A DNA stretch of 64,000 bases from Candidatus Minusculum obligatum (GTDB lineage: Bacteria; Patescibacteriota; Minisyncoccia; Phycocordibacterales; Phycocordibacteraceae), in assembly GCA_002331145.1 (NCBI GenBank), contig DCYT01000001.1, positions 154,002 to 218,001 on the forward strand, given 5' to 3'. The translations under genes were made by a program, and so were the position numbers. How positions within the stretch are numbered: the first letter of the stretch is position 1; every line of letters starts with the position of its first letter. Below, in pieces: positions 9,860 to 19,257 of this stretch. Below the pieces are notes generated by a model, which saw only the letters and a list, made by a program, of their open reading frames with translations, made no database searches and was not told the DNA's origin.

Positions 9860-10039
9860 CCTAAGTCTACACTCGCAGAAATCTACAGTCTGATGCAGCA
9901 GAAAAACCTACCAGATCCAAACGTTTTCTTCGTTCTGTAATACGATCTCACGAACTGAAATATTCCGAAGCTAGCTCTCATTCATTGATTAGAGACTATT
10001 CTTTTGCCCAACATGCATCACTTTAATAGCAAGCGCATA

Positions 10040-13000
10040 CTAATCGACATCTTCAATTGTCACTGTGCCTTCGTCGCGGCGAATCCCCCCTGCACCACGG
10101 TTGGCAAATGAGACCATCCAGCCACCGTATCCTCCCCCAACCCCAGACTCGCCATTACGGGCTTCGGTCACGGGGTCTTGGGTTGGAATATCCACAATAG
10201 AAACGCTACCCTCCGCAATGTCGTTGGCTCCAGGCCGGCTCAAACGAATTCCCGGCGACCAACCATTTTGTGGATCATATGTGGAAATATCCACTATTGA
10301 AACGGTTCCATACCTGGCTGGACCACCATTGCTGATAACTCGATTCCCGACTGCTCCGACAATATCAGCACCACCTTTGACCAGGAGAACACCTGCGGTC
10401 ACGCGCCAAGTGGTCGCGGCCGCCTGGGGATTACACGTGTAGCCAGCGACGCCGCCAGCGGCTCCGCCGACGATGAATCCATTTACAGCCGCACCTAGAA
10501 GTTCGCGACCGGTAGCGCGGCGGCCATCGGCGAGTCCAGTAGATGTCGCTGTGACAAACATCTCCCAACCGGCGGCGGCCACGCCGCCGATAATAGCCCC
10601 ACCGACAGCGGACAGAGGCGTGCCACACTCCCCATTGGGATCCGTATAATTCACTGGATCCCCGCCGACGTAGGCATAGATATTCAAGCCTCCGGCCTGC
10701 CCGATTGGGTCGGTTTGCATGAAGCGGCCGAAGCCGGGGTGATAGGCGCGAGCCTTGTAGTGGTAGAGGCCGGTGTTTTCCAAGAAGACCTGACCGGTAT
10801 AGCCAAACCGGCCGGAGTTTCCCGAATACGGCATGCCGTATTCGTCATAGGTATTGATCTGGGTGGCGTTACCCGAGCCGTTGGTGTGCGCCACGATCGA
10901 GCCGCGCTCGTCCGCGATCAACCACTCCCGGCTGGACGTGCCTGAACCAGTGTACTGAACCAGAGGTTCGTCTATGCCCGGTCCATGCACATAGCGTTTT
11001 TGCAGCGCACCCGATCCATTGTATTCGGCAATTAGATCAAGCCCGTCATACTGGAAGTTCAGCGTGGCTGCGCCCGTCGTCTGCGCCAGACGGCCCAAAG
11101 GATCATAGGACAGCGTGGTACCGCCGGAGACGCTGGTGAGACGGTTATAGTAGTCATAACCGAAGGTCCGCGTGCCATCGTCCGTCATATTGCCCCGCCC
11201 GTCATAGGTGGGGGCAGGCTGAGACGTAACTGAGGTGATCTGGTTGAGGCCGTTATGGCCGTAAAGCAGATCCATATTGACGTGCCCATTCCAGGTAAAA
11301 GCGTCATTACTATCCGTACGCGAGGTGATCTGACCGGCCGGATTATAGTCGAAGCTCACCGTCCGGTCGTTCGACGTACCTGCCAGGTTCTGGCTGAGAC
11401 TATCAAGACGCGAAGCTGCATCGAAGGCATAACTGGTCGTCACGCCATTGCCCCGCGTGATGCTCGTACGGCGGCCATAATCGTCATAGCTGAACTGGGC
11501 GAGAACACCCACGCCGGAGCCGGCTCCGTTCTCGCGGATCGCGGTGGGAGCGCCTAGGGTGTTGTAGTCGTATGTGACGTAAAACCCGTCCGCCCAAGTC
11601 ATACGCGTGCGTTGGCCCAGATTATTGTACTGATAGCTCACCGTGCCATTGGCACCGGTCTGAGCTGTCCTACGGCCCAAGGCATCATAAGCGTTGGTCA
11701 CCGTGCCCTGACCCGCGGCCGTGACCGTCAGAACCCGGCTTAACAGATCATAGCTGTAAGAGGTGTCGGCCTGACCAGACGGTGCGTTTACGTTCGTCAC
11801 CCGGTTCAGATTGTCATAGCTGTACTGGAAAAGCTGGTTCGTGCGCACCCGGCGCGAGGCTAGGCGCCCATATGCATCATAGGTGTAGATCTCGTCGTCA
11901 TTGCCGGTATTGGAGCCGGGAGAGGACGGGTGCGGGTATTCGATAGAAGCCAGACGATCAAAACCATCACGCAGATATTGCGTGCGATTGCCGTTTCCGT
12001 CCTTCAGGCTTTCCAGGAGACCATTGGCGGTAAAGGTGGACACGCCCTCGATTGCCGCCGCAGAGGTCCCATAGGCCGTCGTTACGCTGGTCACACGGCT
12101 CAGATCGTCATAACTGCTGCGCGCGATCCGGTCGGGACCGTAGACACCGGCCGTTCCCAGTGTACACGCCGAAGACGGGGGCGAGGCGAAGGTCGAGGGG
12201 TTAATACGCTGAGCTGTGCAGTCCAGACGGCCTGCACTATCATAGGAATACTGGATCAGTGCCTGGGTCACACCCGTCCCGTCGATAAGACGGCTGTGGG
12301 TGACACGGTGGTTATTGTCATAGGTGACCAGCTGATAGTCGCGCCGGGCGAAGTTGTTCCAGGCTGCATCCGACTGGCTCGTCACCGTACCGAACTCGAC
12401 CATGCGCACACGACCAGAACTGTCATACGTCGTGCGCGAAGCGGCATGTTTGAGCGGACCGCCCCCATCCGGGTCCGGGCCCACCTGGCCGATCACCCGG
12501 CGAAGATCGTCGTAACGCGTGCGCGTCAGATCGGCAGAACCTGAAAGCGGGCCGTCCACCGTCAGAATATTCCCCACGGCGTCATAGGCCAGTGTCGAGG
12601 TCGCTGAGAGCGTGCCATTGCCCGCCATCGCGGTAACCGCTGTGGGCTGAAGGTTGTTGGCCACACCGCTGGAACCATAGGCGATATTGGTGCGCTGCTC
12701 ATTCGCCGTGCCGGCACAAGACGACGATGTGCCGGTGGAACACGCTGCAGATTGATGCGGCAGATAGATCGCAGAAGACGCCTGTACCATCTGACCAGAG
12801 GCGTTTTTGTACCAAGCATAATGCGCAGAATAGCTCACCCGAGTCTGCGGCCGGTCACCGGAACCGGACGGCGCCGGAGCTGTTGCCGTCAGCATTCCGC
12901 CATGCGTGCCCGCATAGGTGAAGTTCGTGGTATTGCCCGCCGGATCGGTCACCGAGGTCGGCTGGTTGCACGTGCGCTCATTCAAACACGAAGACGGATA

Positions 13001-14278
13001 AGACGCCGTAGTCACGATGTCTGCCAGGCCCGAACCGGACTTGGCCACCGCACGCACCTCCGTCATATTGCCCCGGCCGTCATAGCTAAAGCTGGTGTAG
13101 TTGCCCTCCGGCGCCGTGACGCGGGAGACACGCAGGTCAGAATTGTACTGATAGGTCGTGCGGTGGCCTAAAGCGTTCTCAACCGCAGTTAAGAGCCCGT
13201 CATCACCCTCAAATTCATAGCGCGTCACTTCTCCGGCAGGATCGGTGACTGTGGTCACCAGCGTGCCGCCATTGTCGGTGTAACTATAGAACCAAGTTTC
13301 GCCCGCAACTGTCATCGACTGTATGACGCCCGACGTACCGATATAGTTGATCGAGACATCATTGCTGGAGCTGCCTGGCAGGCGCACTCCTGTGATCCGG
13401 CCCGAGCCGTTCCGATAGGTGTGCGTCACGCGACCCAGATTGTCGGTGTAGGACCAATTGGAGCTGGTATAGTTCATCGTCAGGCTCGGCCAATTTTCCG
13501 TCAGGCCCGAGCATGTATTCGCCGTGCGCGAACAATAATTGACCGCATTATTGATGAGCCTAGCCGTCTTCACAGTACGCCAATCGTTCAACTGGCTCTG
13601 AGAACCTACGTTGGACGCGCGCCGGTATTCGAAATGGAGCTGGTATCCGCGATTGGTGGTGACGGATTGGAGCCGGTAATAGGGCCCGTAGGTGACGATG
13701 ATCGGTTCCGGCCAGCCGCCTTGCTGAATAACCATGTTCGTGGAGCTGTAGTGGTAGGTCCACTCCTCCCCATTCGGGAAGGTCACCTTTGTGAGCACAC
13801 CCTCGTCGGCACCGTAAAACGACGTCTGCCCCACCTTCGAGGACGAGAAGGTCGCCACAACCCCGCCGCCCGTCGTGTAAGTGTAATTGCCGCCGCTATA
13901 AGTCAGCGTAGCACCATTTTCCTGTTCCGGCGAATACGTACTGCCAGATTTGGTGAAGACTTCCGTGCCGCCAAACAGGCTAACTCGATATTCGGTAGAT
14001 GTTTGGGCATGGACGGTCCCCATCACCGAATGCGACCAGCCATTATCTTGAAAAGTCTGGCTGTAACTCAGTCCGCCCGCACCAGCGTCGCCGATAGAGA
14101 TCTCTGGCGAAGACCCGGTAAACACATCGTCGGAGAGGTCGACGCCACGCTCATCAAATGTGGGATAGATCCGCGGCTGGCTCCCGCCATCCTGGGCCGA
14201 AGCGATACTTAAACTGGCAATTGAAACGGACAGCGCGGCGACCAAATGCGAAACAAGCGAACGAACAAGCAACATCAA
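10040..14278 (-). CDS. Secreted RHS/YD-repeat polymorphic toxin with a C-terminal glycine-zipper toxin domain.
   Basis: Sec signal peptide (MMLLVRSLVSHLVAALSVSIASLSIASA). Dozens of YD repeats (YDPLGRL, YDALGRR and others). RHS core ...GRFMQTDPIGQAGGLNIYAYVGGDPVNYTDPNGE. This is followed by about 240 aa of variable C-terminus with GxxxG-rich hydrophobic stretches (AVGGAIIGGVAAAG; GFIVGGAAGGVAG) and an internal VSIVDI repeat. Confidence 0.9.
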   Translation of the reverse strand: MMLLVRSLVSHLVAALSVSIASLSIASAQDGGSQPRIYPTFDERGVDLSDDVFTGSSPEISIGDAGAGGLSYSQTFQDNGWSHSVMGTVHAQTSTEYRVSLFGGTEVFTKSGSTYSPEQENGATLTYSGGNYTYTTGGGVVATFSSSKVGQTSFYGADEGVLTKVTFPNGEEWTYHYSSTNMVIQQGGWPEPIIVTYGPYYRLQSVTTNRGYQLHFEYRRASNVGSQSQLNDWRTVKTARLINNAVNYCSRTANTCSGLTENWPSLTMNYTSSNWSYTDNLGRVTHTYRNGSGRITGVRLPGSSSNDVSINYIGTSGVIQSMTVAGETWFYSYTDNGGTLVTTVTDPAGEVTRYEFEGDDGLLTAVENALGHRTTYQYNSDLRVSRVTAPEGNYTSFSYDGRGNMTEVRAVAKSGSGLADIVTTASYPSSCLNERTCNQPTSVTDPAGNTTNFTYAGTHGGMLTATAPAPSGSGDRPQTRVSYSAHYAWYKNASGQMVQASSAIYLPHQSAACSTGTSSSCAGTANEQRTNIAYGSSGVANNLQPTAVTAMAGNGTLSATSTLAYDAVGNILTVDGPLSGSADLTRTRYDDLRRVIGQVGPDPDGGGPLKHAASRTTYDSSGRVRMVEFGTVTSQSDAAWNNFARRDYQLVTYDNNHRVTHSRLIDGTGVTQALIQYSYDSAGRLDCTAQRINPSTFASPPSSACTLGTAGVYGPDRIARSSYDDLSRVTSVTTAYGTSAAAIEGVSTFTANGLLESLKDGNGNRTQYLRDGFDRLASIEYPHPSSPGSNTGNDDEIYTYDAYGRLASRRVRTNQLFQYSYDNLNRVTNVNAPSGQADTSYSYDLLSRVLTVTAAGQGTVTNAYDALGRRTAQTGANGTVSYQYNNLGQRTRMTWADGFYVTYDYNTLGAPTAIRENGAGSGVGVLAQFSYDDYGRRTSITRGNGVTTSYAFDAASRLDSLSQNLAGTSNDRTVSFDYNPAGQITSRTDSNDAFTWNGHVNMDLLYGHNGLNQITSVTSQPAPTYDGRGNMTDDGTRTFGYDYYNRLTSVSGGTTLSYDPLGRLAQTTGAATLNFQYDGLDLIAEYNGSGALQKRYVHGPGIDEPLVQYTGSGTSSREWLIADERGSIVAHTNGSGNATQINTYDEYGMPYSGNSGRFGYTGQVFLENTGLYHYKARAYHPGFGRFMQTDPIGQAGGLNIYAYVGGDPVNYTDPNGECGTPLSAVGGAIIGGVAAAGWEMFVTATSTGLADGRRATGRELLGAAVNGFIVGGAAGGVAGYTCNPQAAATTWRVTAGVLLVKGGADIVGAVGNRVISNGGPARYGTVSIVDISTYDPQNGWSPGIRLSRPGANDIAEGSVSIVDIPTQDPVTEARNGESGVGGGYGGWMVSFANRGAGGIRRDEGTVTIEDVD

Positions 14279-14337
14279 TCCCTCTTCGGGCGAAGATAAA
14301 AAAACGGGTATTTGGGCAGGCTGAAAGAACTGCGCTC

Positions 14338-14538
14338 TTAAGCGCCGGTTTTCTTCTTGCGCGTGCGGTTATCGGCGTCGTCGTATTCGTAATCCGTCGT
14401 TACCCCATCATTGGGGCCGCCGGAGTGCTCGACCTTCACCAATCGCCCCTGGGCGTCATAGGTATAAGTCACAGTCTCGGACGCAAAAGCCGGGGCGGAA
14501 AAAGCCATCACCCCGGCCAGCAATAGTGCTGCACGCAT
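14338..14538 (-). CDS. Small secreted YD-repeat mini-protein.
   Basis: 66 aa. The signal peptide MRAALLLAGVMAFSAPAFA is followed by two YD motifs (TYTYDAQGRLVKVEH; DYEYDDADNRT). It lies 60 bp upstream of the RHS gene on the same strand. Confidence 0.5.
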   Translation of the reverse strand: MRAALLLAGVMAFSAPAFASETVTYTYDAQGRLVKVEHSGGPNDGVTTDYEYDDADNRTRKKKTGA

Positions 14539-14883
14539 ACTTCCCTCCTACCCATGAACACGATTTCCAGTGGGCCTGATCCACACGACTAGACCTGCCC
14601 AATTCGCGCATGAGATAAAAATGTAGGCCGAAATCAGCGCCACAATCAAGGGGGACTTTTGGATTCAATACCATTTTTGCGCGTATTGTTTTTCGGGGAA
14701 ACCGCATGCACGCCTGAGGCGTGATATAGATCACGCTCTGCATATAGCTGTGCCACAAGGAAACCTATTTCCCTTTGAAAAAGGAACGAGAGACCGGAGG
14801 GTCTCAGGTCATCCGCCATCGACGAGACTGATCTGTTGCCGCCGAAAGTCGTCGATCGATTTCCTTTTGTTTTTCTCCGGTGG

Positions 14884-15242
14884 ATCTAACCCATCTTCCC
14901 ATCGCCTGACCGTCCGCGCATCCACGTTAAGCCAATCCGCCATTCGATCTTGCGCCCAACCTCTTTGGGCCCGAAACCGATAAAGTCTGTCTGAGAAGGT
15001 ACCGCTTGGCAGTCAGCTATCATCCTCCAAGAACCGAACTATGGCGGGAATGTGTTGACGCGCAGGGCATGTTCGCCGCGCTCCCACATCCCTATCACTT
15101 CGTGATGGACACCAATCCGGCTTGCGACTTCACGCTTCGAAAGGCGTAGCGCTTTTCTGCGCACTGACCCAGCCCCCAGATTGGGACTTATGAACCTTAT
15201 TCCCGGGCCCAACATGCAGCAACCTAATTCCCATGCCCGCAC
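14884..15242 (-). pseudogene. Frameshifted C-terminal fragment of a large serine recombinase that keeps only the tandem XRE-type HTH domains.
   Basis: Two minus-strand frames read ...LSKREVASRIGVHHEVIGMWERGEH... and ...DRLYRFRAQRGWAQDRMADWLNVDARTVRRWEDGLDPP. These align to the last about 110 aa of the 642-aa recombinase (LGVHHEMIGLWERGEH / ERLYRFRAIRGWTQNEFGKWIGVDGRTIGRWEAG). No catalytic domain lies upstream. Confidence 0.65.
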
Positions 15243-15316
15243 AAGGACACGGAAATACCCCGCACACTCACTTACTTACAACCTGATGCGTAAGCTATTT
15301 GGGAAATGTCACGCGT

Positions 15317-16291
15317 CTACGGGGTCAAGACTACCGACCCTAGCGCCAACCGTTTTTCCAGAAGGGCGTGCGCCCGAGACGCTTCAAGAAACGGTAGAGA
15401 CAAGTGCTGTAGATCGTCGAAAAGACCGTCGGCACAAGTGTTCCACACCGCCTCAACGGCTTCTTTTCTTTGCTCGTTACTCGCCAAATAGGTGCTAGAG
15501 GTAGGACGTGTCACATAGAGCGAACCATGTTTAGCAAGAATTGAGAGGTCGAAATTTACGACCGGCCCGGAAGCGGCGCCATAGTGAACCCAGATTGCCT
15601 GCTCAGCTAACACCGCCAGACAGATATCCGTGGCCGCCGCACCTACGGCATCGTAGACAGCGTCCACACCGCGGCCGCGGGTCAGCTCGCGAACTTGTTC
15701 AATGACTTCGCTCGTATCCCCGCGAAGAACATGATCGCAGCCGGCAGCGGAAGCGAGCGCGACCTTTCCCGGGCTTCCTACTTGGCCGATGACTTCGGCG
15801 CCGAGCATTTTGGCGAACCGAACGACCGCCCCACCGACGCCGCCACTGGCGCCATTGACGAAGACTACGCTACTCTCACGTACGGTCCAAACCTTGTGCG
15901 TGAGATAATAGGCAGTCATGGCTTTGAACAAGATAGCCGCAGCCAGATCCGCTGAAACGCCCGCTGGTCGATGAAAAACGCAGGACTCGTCCAATGCGAC
16001 GTACTCCGCATATGACCGGCGACCGGCAAAAGCGTAGGCAACGCGATCGCCTGGCCGAAACCCTTCCACATCTCCACCGACCTTAGCGACGACTCCCGCG
16101 CCCTCCTCGCCAATCCCGGATGGAAGCGGAACCACATACACCCCTGACCGGTTAAAGATGTCGACATAGTTGACGCCGATCGCGGCGTTTTCGATCAGGA
16201 TCTGAAGCGGTCCGGGTTCGGGAATGGGCGCAGTTTCTTGGATCAAAACATCCGGCCCGCCTGGCGCGGCAAAAACCATCCGTTTCATCAT
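15317..16291 (-). CDS. qor: NADPH:quinone oxidoreductase / zinc-type medium-chain dehydrogenase.
   Basis: 324-aa MDR-family protein with nucleotide motif VNGASGGVGGAVVRFAKMLGAEVIG and a GroES-like N-domain. Confidence 0.8.
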   Translation of the reverse strand: MMKRMVFAAPGGPDVLIQETAPIPEPGPLQILIENAAIGVNYVDIFNRSGVYVVPLPSGIGEEGAGVVAKVGGDVEGFRPGDRVAYAFAGRRSYAEYVALDESCVFHRPAGVSADLAAAILFKAMTAYYLTHKVWTVRESSVVFVNGASGGVGGAVVRFAKMLGAEVIGQVGSPGKVALASAAGCDHVLRGDTSEVIEQVRELTRGRGVDAVYDAVGAAATDICLAVLAEQAIWVHYGAASGPVVNFDLSILAKHGSLYVTRPTSSTYLASNEQRKEAVEAVWNTCADGLFDDLQHLSLPFLEASRAHALLEKRLALGSVVLTP

Positions 16292-16767
16292 GCCACGACC
16301 TCCTTTTCATTTGCGCTCGCCGATGCAGAGTGCCGGGCACTCGTGCGGCGAAATTGCAGACGTTCACGCTCAAGCAGGCGATCGAGATTCCTCCAGGCAT
16401 CCGGCCCGCTTAAGACAGCGTCATATCCTGCCCGTTTGAGCGCCAGTACAACCATCGGGGGCACGAGACCATCGATCGTCAGCTTGCCGCCAATGACGAT
16501 CGTCGAGGCGCTGAACGCCTGATATTGCAGGAGCGTTTCCGCCAGCGCCAGACCGCTCAAAGCGCCGTGACCATTGACGGAGCTGATCACGGTCAGATCG
16601 GGCCGGTGATCGCGAACACTCTCGGCGACGTGTTCCGGCTGGGTGCAGCAGCCCAAATTCATCACGTCGAAGCCGCGATCGCGCAGCTCTAGCTCGACAC
16701 CAGTCAAATTCCAGATGTGGCTGTCGTCAACGGTAGACGCCACGATTGCTAACGGCTGGTAGGTCAT
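16288..16767 (-). CDS. glmS: Glutamate mutase (methylaspartate mutase) B12-binding subunit S. The start was taken at an internal Met to avoid overlap with glmE.
   Basis: Cobalamin-binding Rossmann-like domain (IVASTVDDSHIWNLTGVELELRDRGFDVMNLG...). It has small-subunit size and sits directly after the E subunit, consistent with the GlmE/GlmS pair. Confidence 0.6.
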   Translation of the reverse strand: MTYQPLAIVASTVDDSHIWNLTGVELELRDRGFDVMNLGCCTQPEHVAESVRDHRPDLTVISSVNGHGALSGLALAETLLQYQAFSASTIVIGGKLTIDGLVPPMVVLALKRAGYDAVLSGPDAWRNLDRLLERERLQFRRTSARHSASASANEKEVVA

Positions 16768-16771
16768 CGCA

Positions 16772-18052
16772 TTACTCCTCTTCTGCGGCATCAAATCGGC
16801 GCTGGTTGAAGCCGAGCATGGTGTGAAATCGCTCGGCGGTGAGACTGCCCTGGCTCGCTGGCGCATCAGCCTCTATCGGCATGGAGCCGGTGGTGGCCCA
16901 CCTGATTGCGCCTGTGCTTTCGTCCAGCACACTCAGGGATTGATTGCGATTGTCTTGGTGTGTGCAGAAAGGCACGTCGAGCAGCCCCTGCTCGAACGCC
17001 TTTCCAAGCGCGCGCCCCACATCGGGATCCAGGCTCAGGGTTGCGGCGATCAGCCTTTCGGCATTCGACCGGATCATGTTGCGCCACACTCCGACGGCTG
17101 CAGGCCGCTCCGTAGCCTCCTCGGCGGCAGAAGCCGCGGCAGCGGCGGAGCGATCCAAAGCCTCAAGATTGTCGGCGAGCGTCGGGATGCCGTGCGCCTC
17201 GGCCTTGGTCTTAACGATCAGCCGGTGGGCACCGCCTCGGGCGGCGATTCTCGACCCATTTTCGATTAAGGCGTAGCTGCCCGCTTCGGTCTTAGGGAAT
17301 TGGCCCATGAAGTGGTAAGCGACAATGTGCCAGTCGCGCTCAAAAAACCGCTCTTCGCAGATATCGTTCAACGCAAGAAGCGCGCCCTCATCCTGCTCGT
17401 CGCACGTCCCCAATGCGAGAGATGCGGAGACGCTCGGAATGCCGAGCTGAAAGAAGTACGCACACTCCAACACCGAAAGCGCGATCAGCAAGTCGGGCGG
17501 ACACGCCTGGCCCATCATGCAGCCGCCGAATGTTTCGTGATGAACCTCAATCCCCCGGCGTTCGGCAGCATTAGCCAGGCACCGGAGCGCTTCGCGCCAG
17601 TATCGCAGTGTGTCTCGCAGCGGCACGCGGCCATAGGGCAAGGCGTAGCTTACCGGTCCGCCCTCGGTTGCGCTGAATCCGCCTCCTATCACGCGGCTAT
17701 AAAGGTGACGGGGATCCGGTGTACCGTGTCGGATCTGGATCGTGAACCGCTCGCCCTGCTCCGCCGCAAGCGAACACACATCGGCCAATCGGTGGCTGAG
17801 TAGCGGGAAGCCGTTCAAGGCCTCACCCCGCCGTAACGCTTCGGTCGCATCCTCAATCAGGCCCTGGCGTGTTTTGGCATCGATCGTGATCGTGCCGGCT
17901 ACAAAAGCGGCACTGGAGTCATCGCGAAAGGCTGTCAGCAAGCTGCGCATATCCTCAAGGTCGGCAACTCCCGAGCGTGGTTGGACGATGATCTGCCCGG
18001 CGGAGCGCGCGGTACGCGCGAACTCCGCGAAGCTGTAGAGCGCATTACCCAT
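16772..18052 (-). CDS. glmE: Glutamate mutase (methylaspartate mutase) epsilon subunit E.
   Basis: Motifs matching clostridial GlmE (from memory): QPRSGVADL, LNGFPL, IRHGTPDPRHL, TEGGPVSYALPYG, HHETFGG, VIVKTKAEAHGIPT. The ATG overlaps the upstream desaturase stop (TAATG). Confidence 0.7.
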   Translation of the reverse strand: MGNALYSFAEFARTARSAGQIIVQPRSGVADLEDMRSLLTAFRDDSSAAFVAGTITIDAKTRQGLIEDATEALRRGEALNGFPLLSHRLADVCSLAAEQGERFTIQIRHGTPDPRHLYSRVIGGGFSATEGGPVSYALPYGRVPLRDTLRYWREALRCLANAAERRGIEVHHETFGGCMMGQACPPDLLIALSVLECAYFFQLGIPSVSASLALGTCDEQDEGALLALNDICEERFFERDWHIVAYHFMGQFPKTEAGSYALIENGSRIAARGGAHRLIVKTKAEAHGIPTLADNLEALDRSAAAAASAAEEATERPAAVGVWRNMIRSNAERLIAATLSLDPDVGRALGKAFEQGLLDVPFCTHQDNRNQSLSVLDESTGAIRWATTGSMPIEADAPASQGSLTAERFHTMLGFNQRRFDAAEEE

Positions 18053-19257
18053 TAGAGGCCCTCCTTTCGCGCCGGTGCTGCCGCCTTCGCGCTGCGCAAG
18101 AAGCCAAGCAGCGCGGCGCAATAACCCCAGTTGACCGGGTTGAGGGGATCGCCTTTGGCGATCAGGCGGCAGCGGAACTCATAGGCCGCTCGTTCACCGT
18201 CTCCGATATCGAAGGCACGCTCATGATGGGCGGCATGTCCCCACGCGCTGTCGCGTGGGAAAGCAATCGCACGCAAGGCAAAGTTCAATGCTTGACGCAC
18301 ATAGTACGTGCTGCGCGCGGCGAGGCCGGCATTATCAGCCAGACAAGGCTCGACGAGGTGATTGACCGGGGTGAGGAAACGGCGCAGAGCGCGCGGTTCA
18401 AATGCATCCTCACGGGCCGGCCGCCAACGGTGCTCGAGCGGCAGACGCAGCATCTGTGCGAGCTGGAAGCCCAGCGTGATAGGTAGCACCCAAGCAATCA
18501 GCAGAACCTCACCGAGGCCGACCGCCGCCAGCGCGCCCCAGGTGCAGAGCTGGATCCCCGCAGCAGCCTTGGTGAACGTCGCCCCGGTAAAATTAGCGGC
18601 CACCCTGCCGAAGAAGATGCGAGCGTGCGTCCACGGGTTGAAGAAGTTCAAAGCTAGGCGCCGCGCATTTTCGCGCACCGGGGCACCCGGGCGGACTCCC
18701 ATATAGAAGGTGAGGAACCAGTAGGTCGGGTCGCTCGGTGTCGACAATTTGAAGGGCGAGTGGTGATCGTTTTTGTGATCGGGCGCATAGCCGGACTTGC
18801 CTAATTCGAAGGGCTCGATCAGCAGGAGCGCAGACAAGATGTGCCCCGCCGCGCGCAAAGCACGCTCGTGCGGTTTCGCGTGCGCGGCGATATGAATGGT
18901 CACAAGTTGAGCCCACCGCGCCGAGCGGACCACGATCAGGGCCGGCAGGATTGCAGTCCAAGCCATCCCATTCAACGCGAGGCCGGCAGCCACGATGCTG
19001 GCACCTGCCAGGACGCAAGCATTAATGACCATGCGGATGGAAGCGCTCAGCCGAGCCAGCGGCTGACTAAATACCGGCAGGCCCGACATGAACTCAAACA
19101 TCGCGAGCGGAATCCAGCCCAGCCGACCCCAAGCTTTCGCGTTCGCACACTCTCCATCGATACGCTCTTCCGGCGTTTCCTGATAACCTCCCTGCGAAAA
19201 CGGCTTCAGATCCGGTTCTGCCAGGGTGACATTTTCTGTTGCATATTGGTTGGACAC
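18052..19257 (-). CDS. Membrane-bound di-iron fatty-acid desaturase / hydroxylase family protein.
   Basis: 401-aa polytopic protein with histidine boxes HIAAH, HKNDHH and HAAHH. Confidence 0.6.
   Translation of the reverse strand: MSNQYATENVTLAEPDLKPFSQGGYQETPEERIDGECANAKAWGRLGWIPLAMFEFMSGLPVFSQPLARLSASIRMVINACVLAGASIVAAGLALNGMAWTAILPALIVVRSARWAQLVTIHIAAHAKPHERALRAAGHILSALLLIEPFELGKSGYAPDHKNDHHSPFKLSTPSDPTYWFLTFYMGVRPGAPVRENARRLALNFFNPWTHARIFFGRVAANFTGATFTKAAAGIQLCTWGALAAVGLGEVLLIAWVLPITLGFQLAQMLRLPLEHRWRPAREDAFEPRALRRFLTPVNHLVEPCLADNAGLAARSTYYVRQALNFALRAIAFPRDSAWGHAAHHERAFDIGDGERAAYEFRCRLIAKGDPLNPVNWGYCAALLGFLRSAKAAAPARKEGL

Noticed and set aside
10065-14212. Multiple 60-260-aa ORFs antisense to the RHS gene (e.g. 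11255-11557, 11930-12544, 12752-13171, 13421-14212)
   Set aside because: They lie wholly inside the 4.2-kb RHS ORF on the opposite strand. Their composition is Arg/Gly/Thr-rich and low-complexity, and the RHS reading frame is unambiguous (YD repeats, core motif).
16823-17276. ORFs antisense to glmE (16823-17269, 16906-17115, 16944-17276)
   Set aside because: Shadow ORFs within the glutamate mutase E gene, which has strong family motifs.
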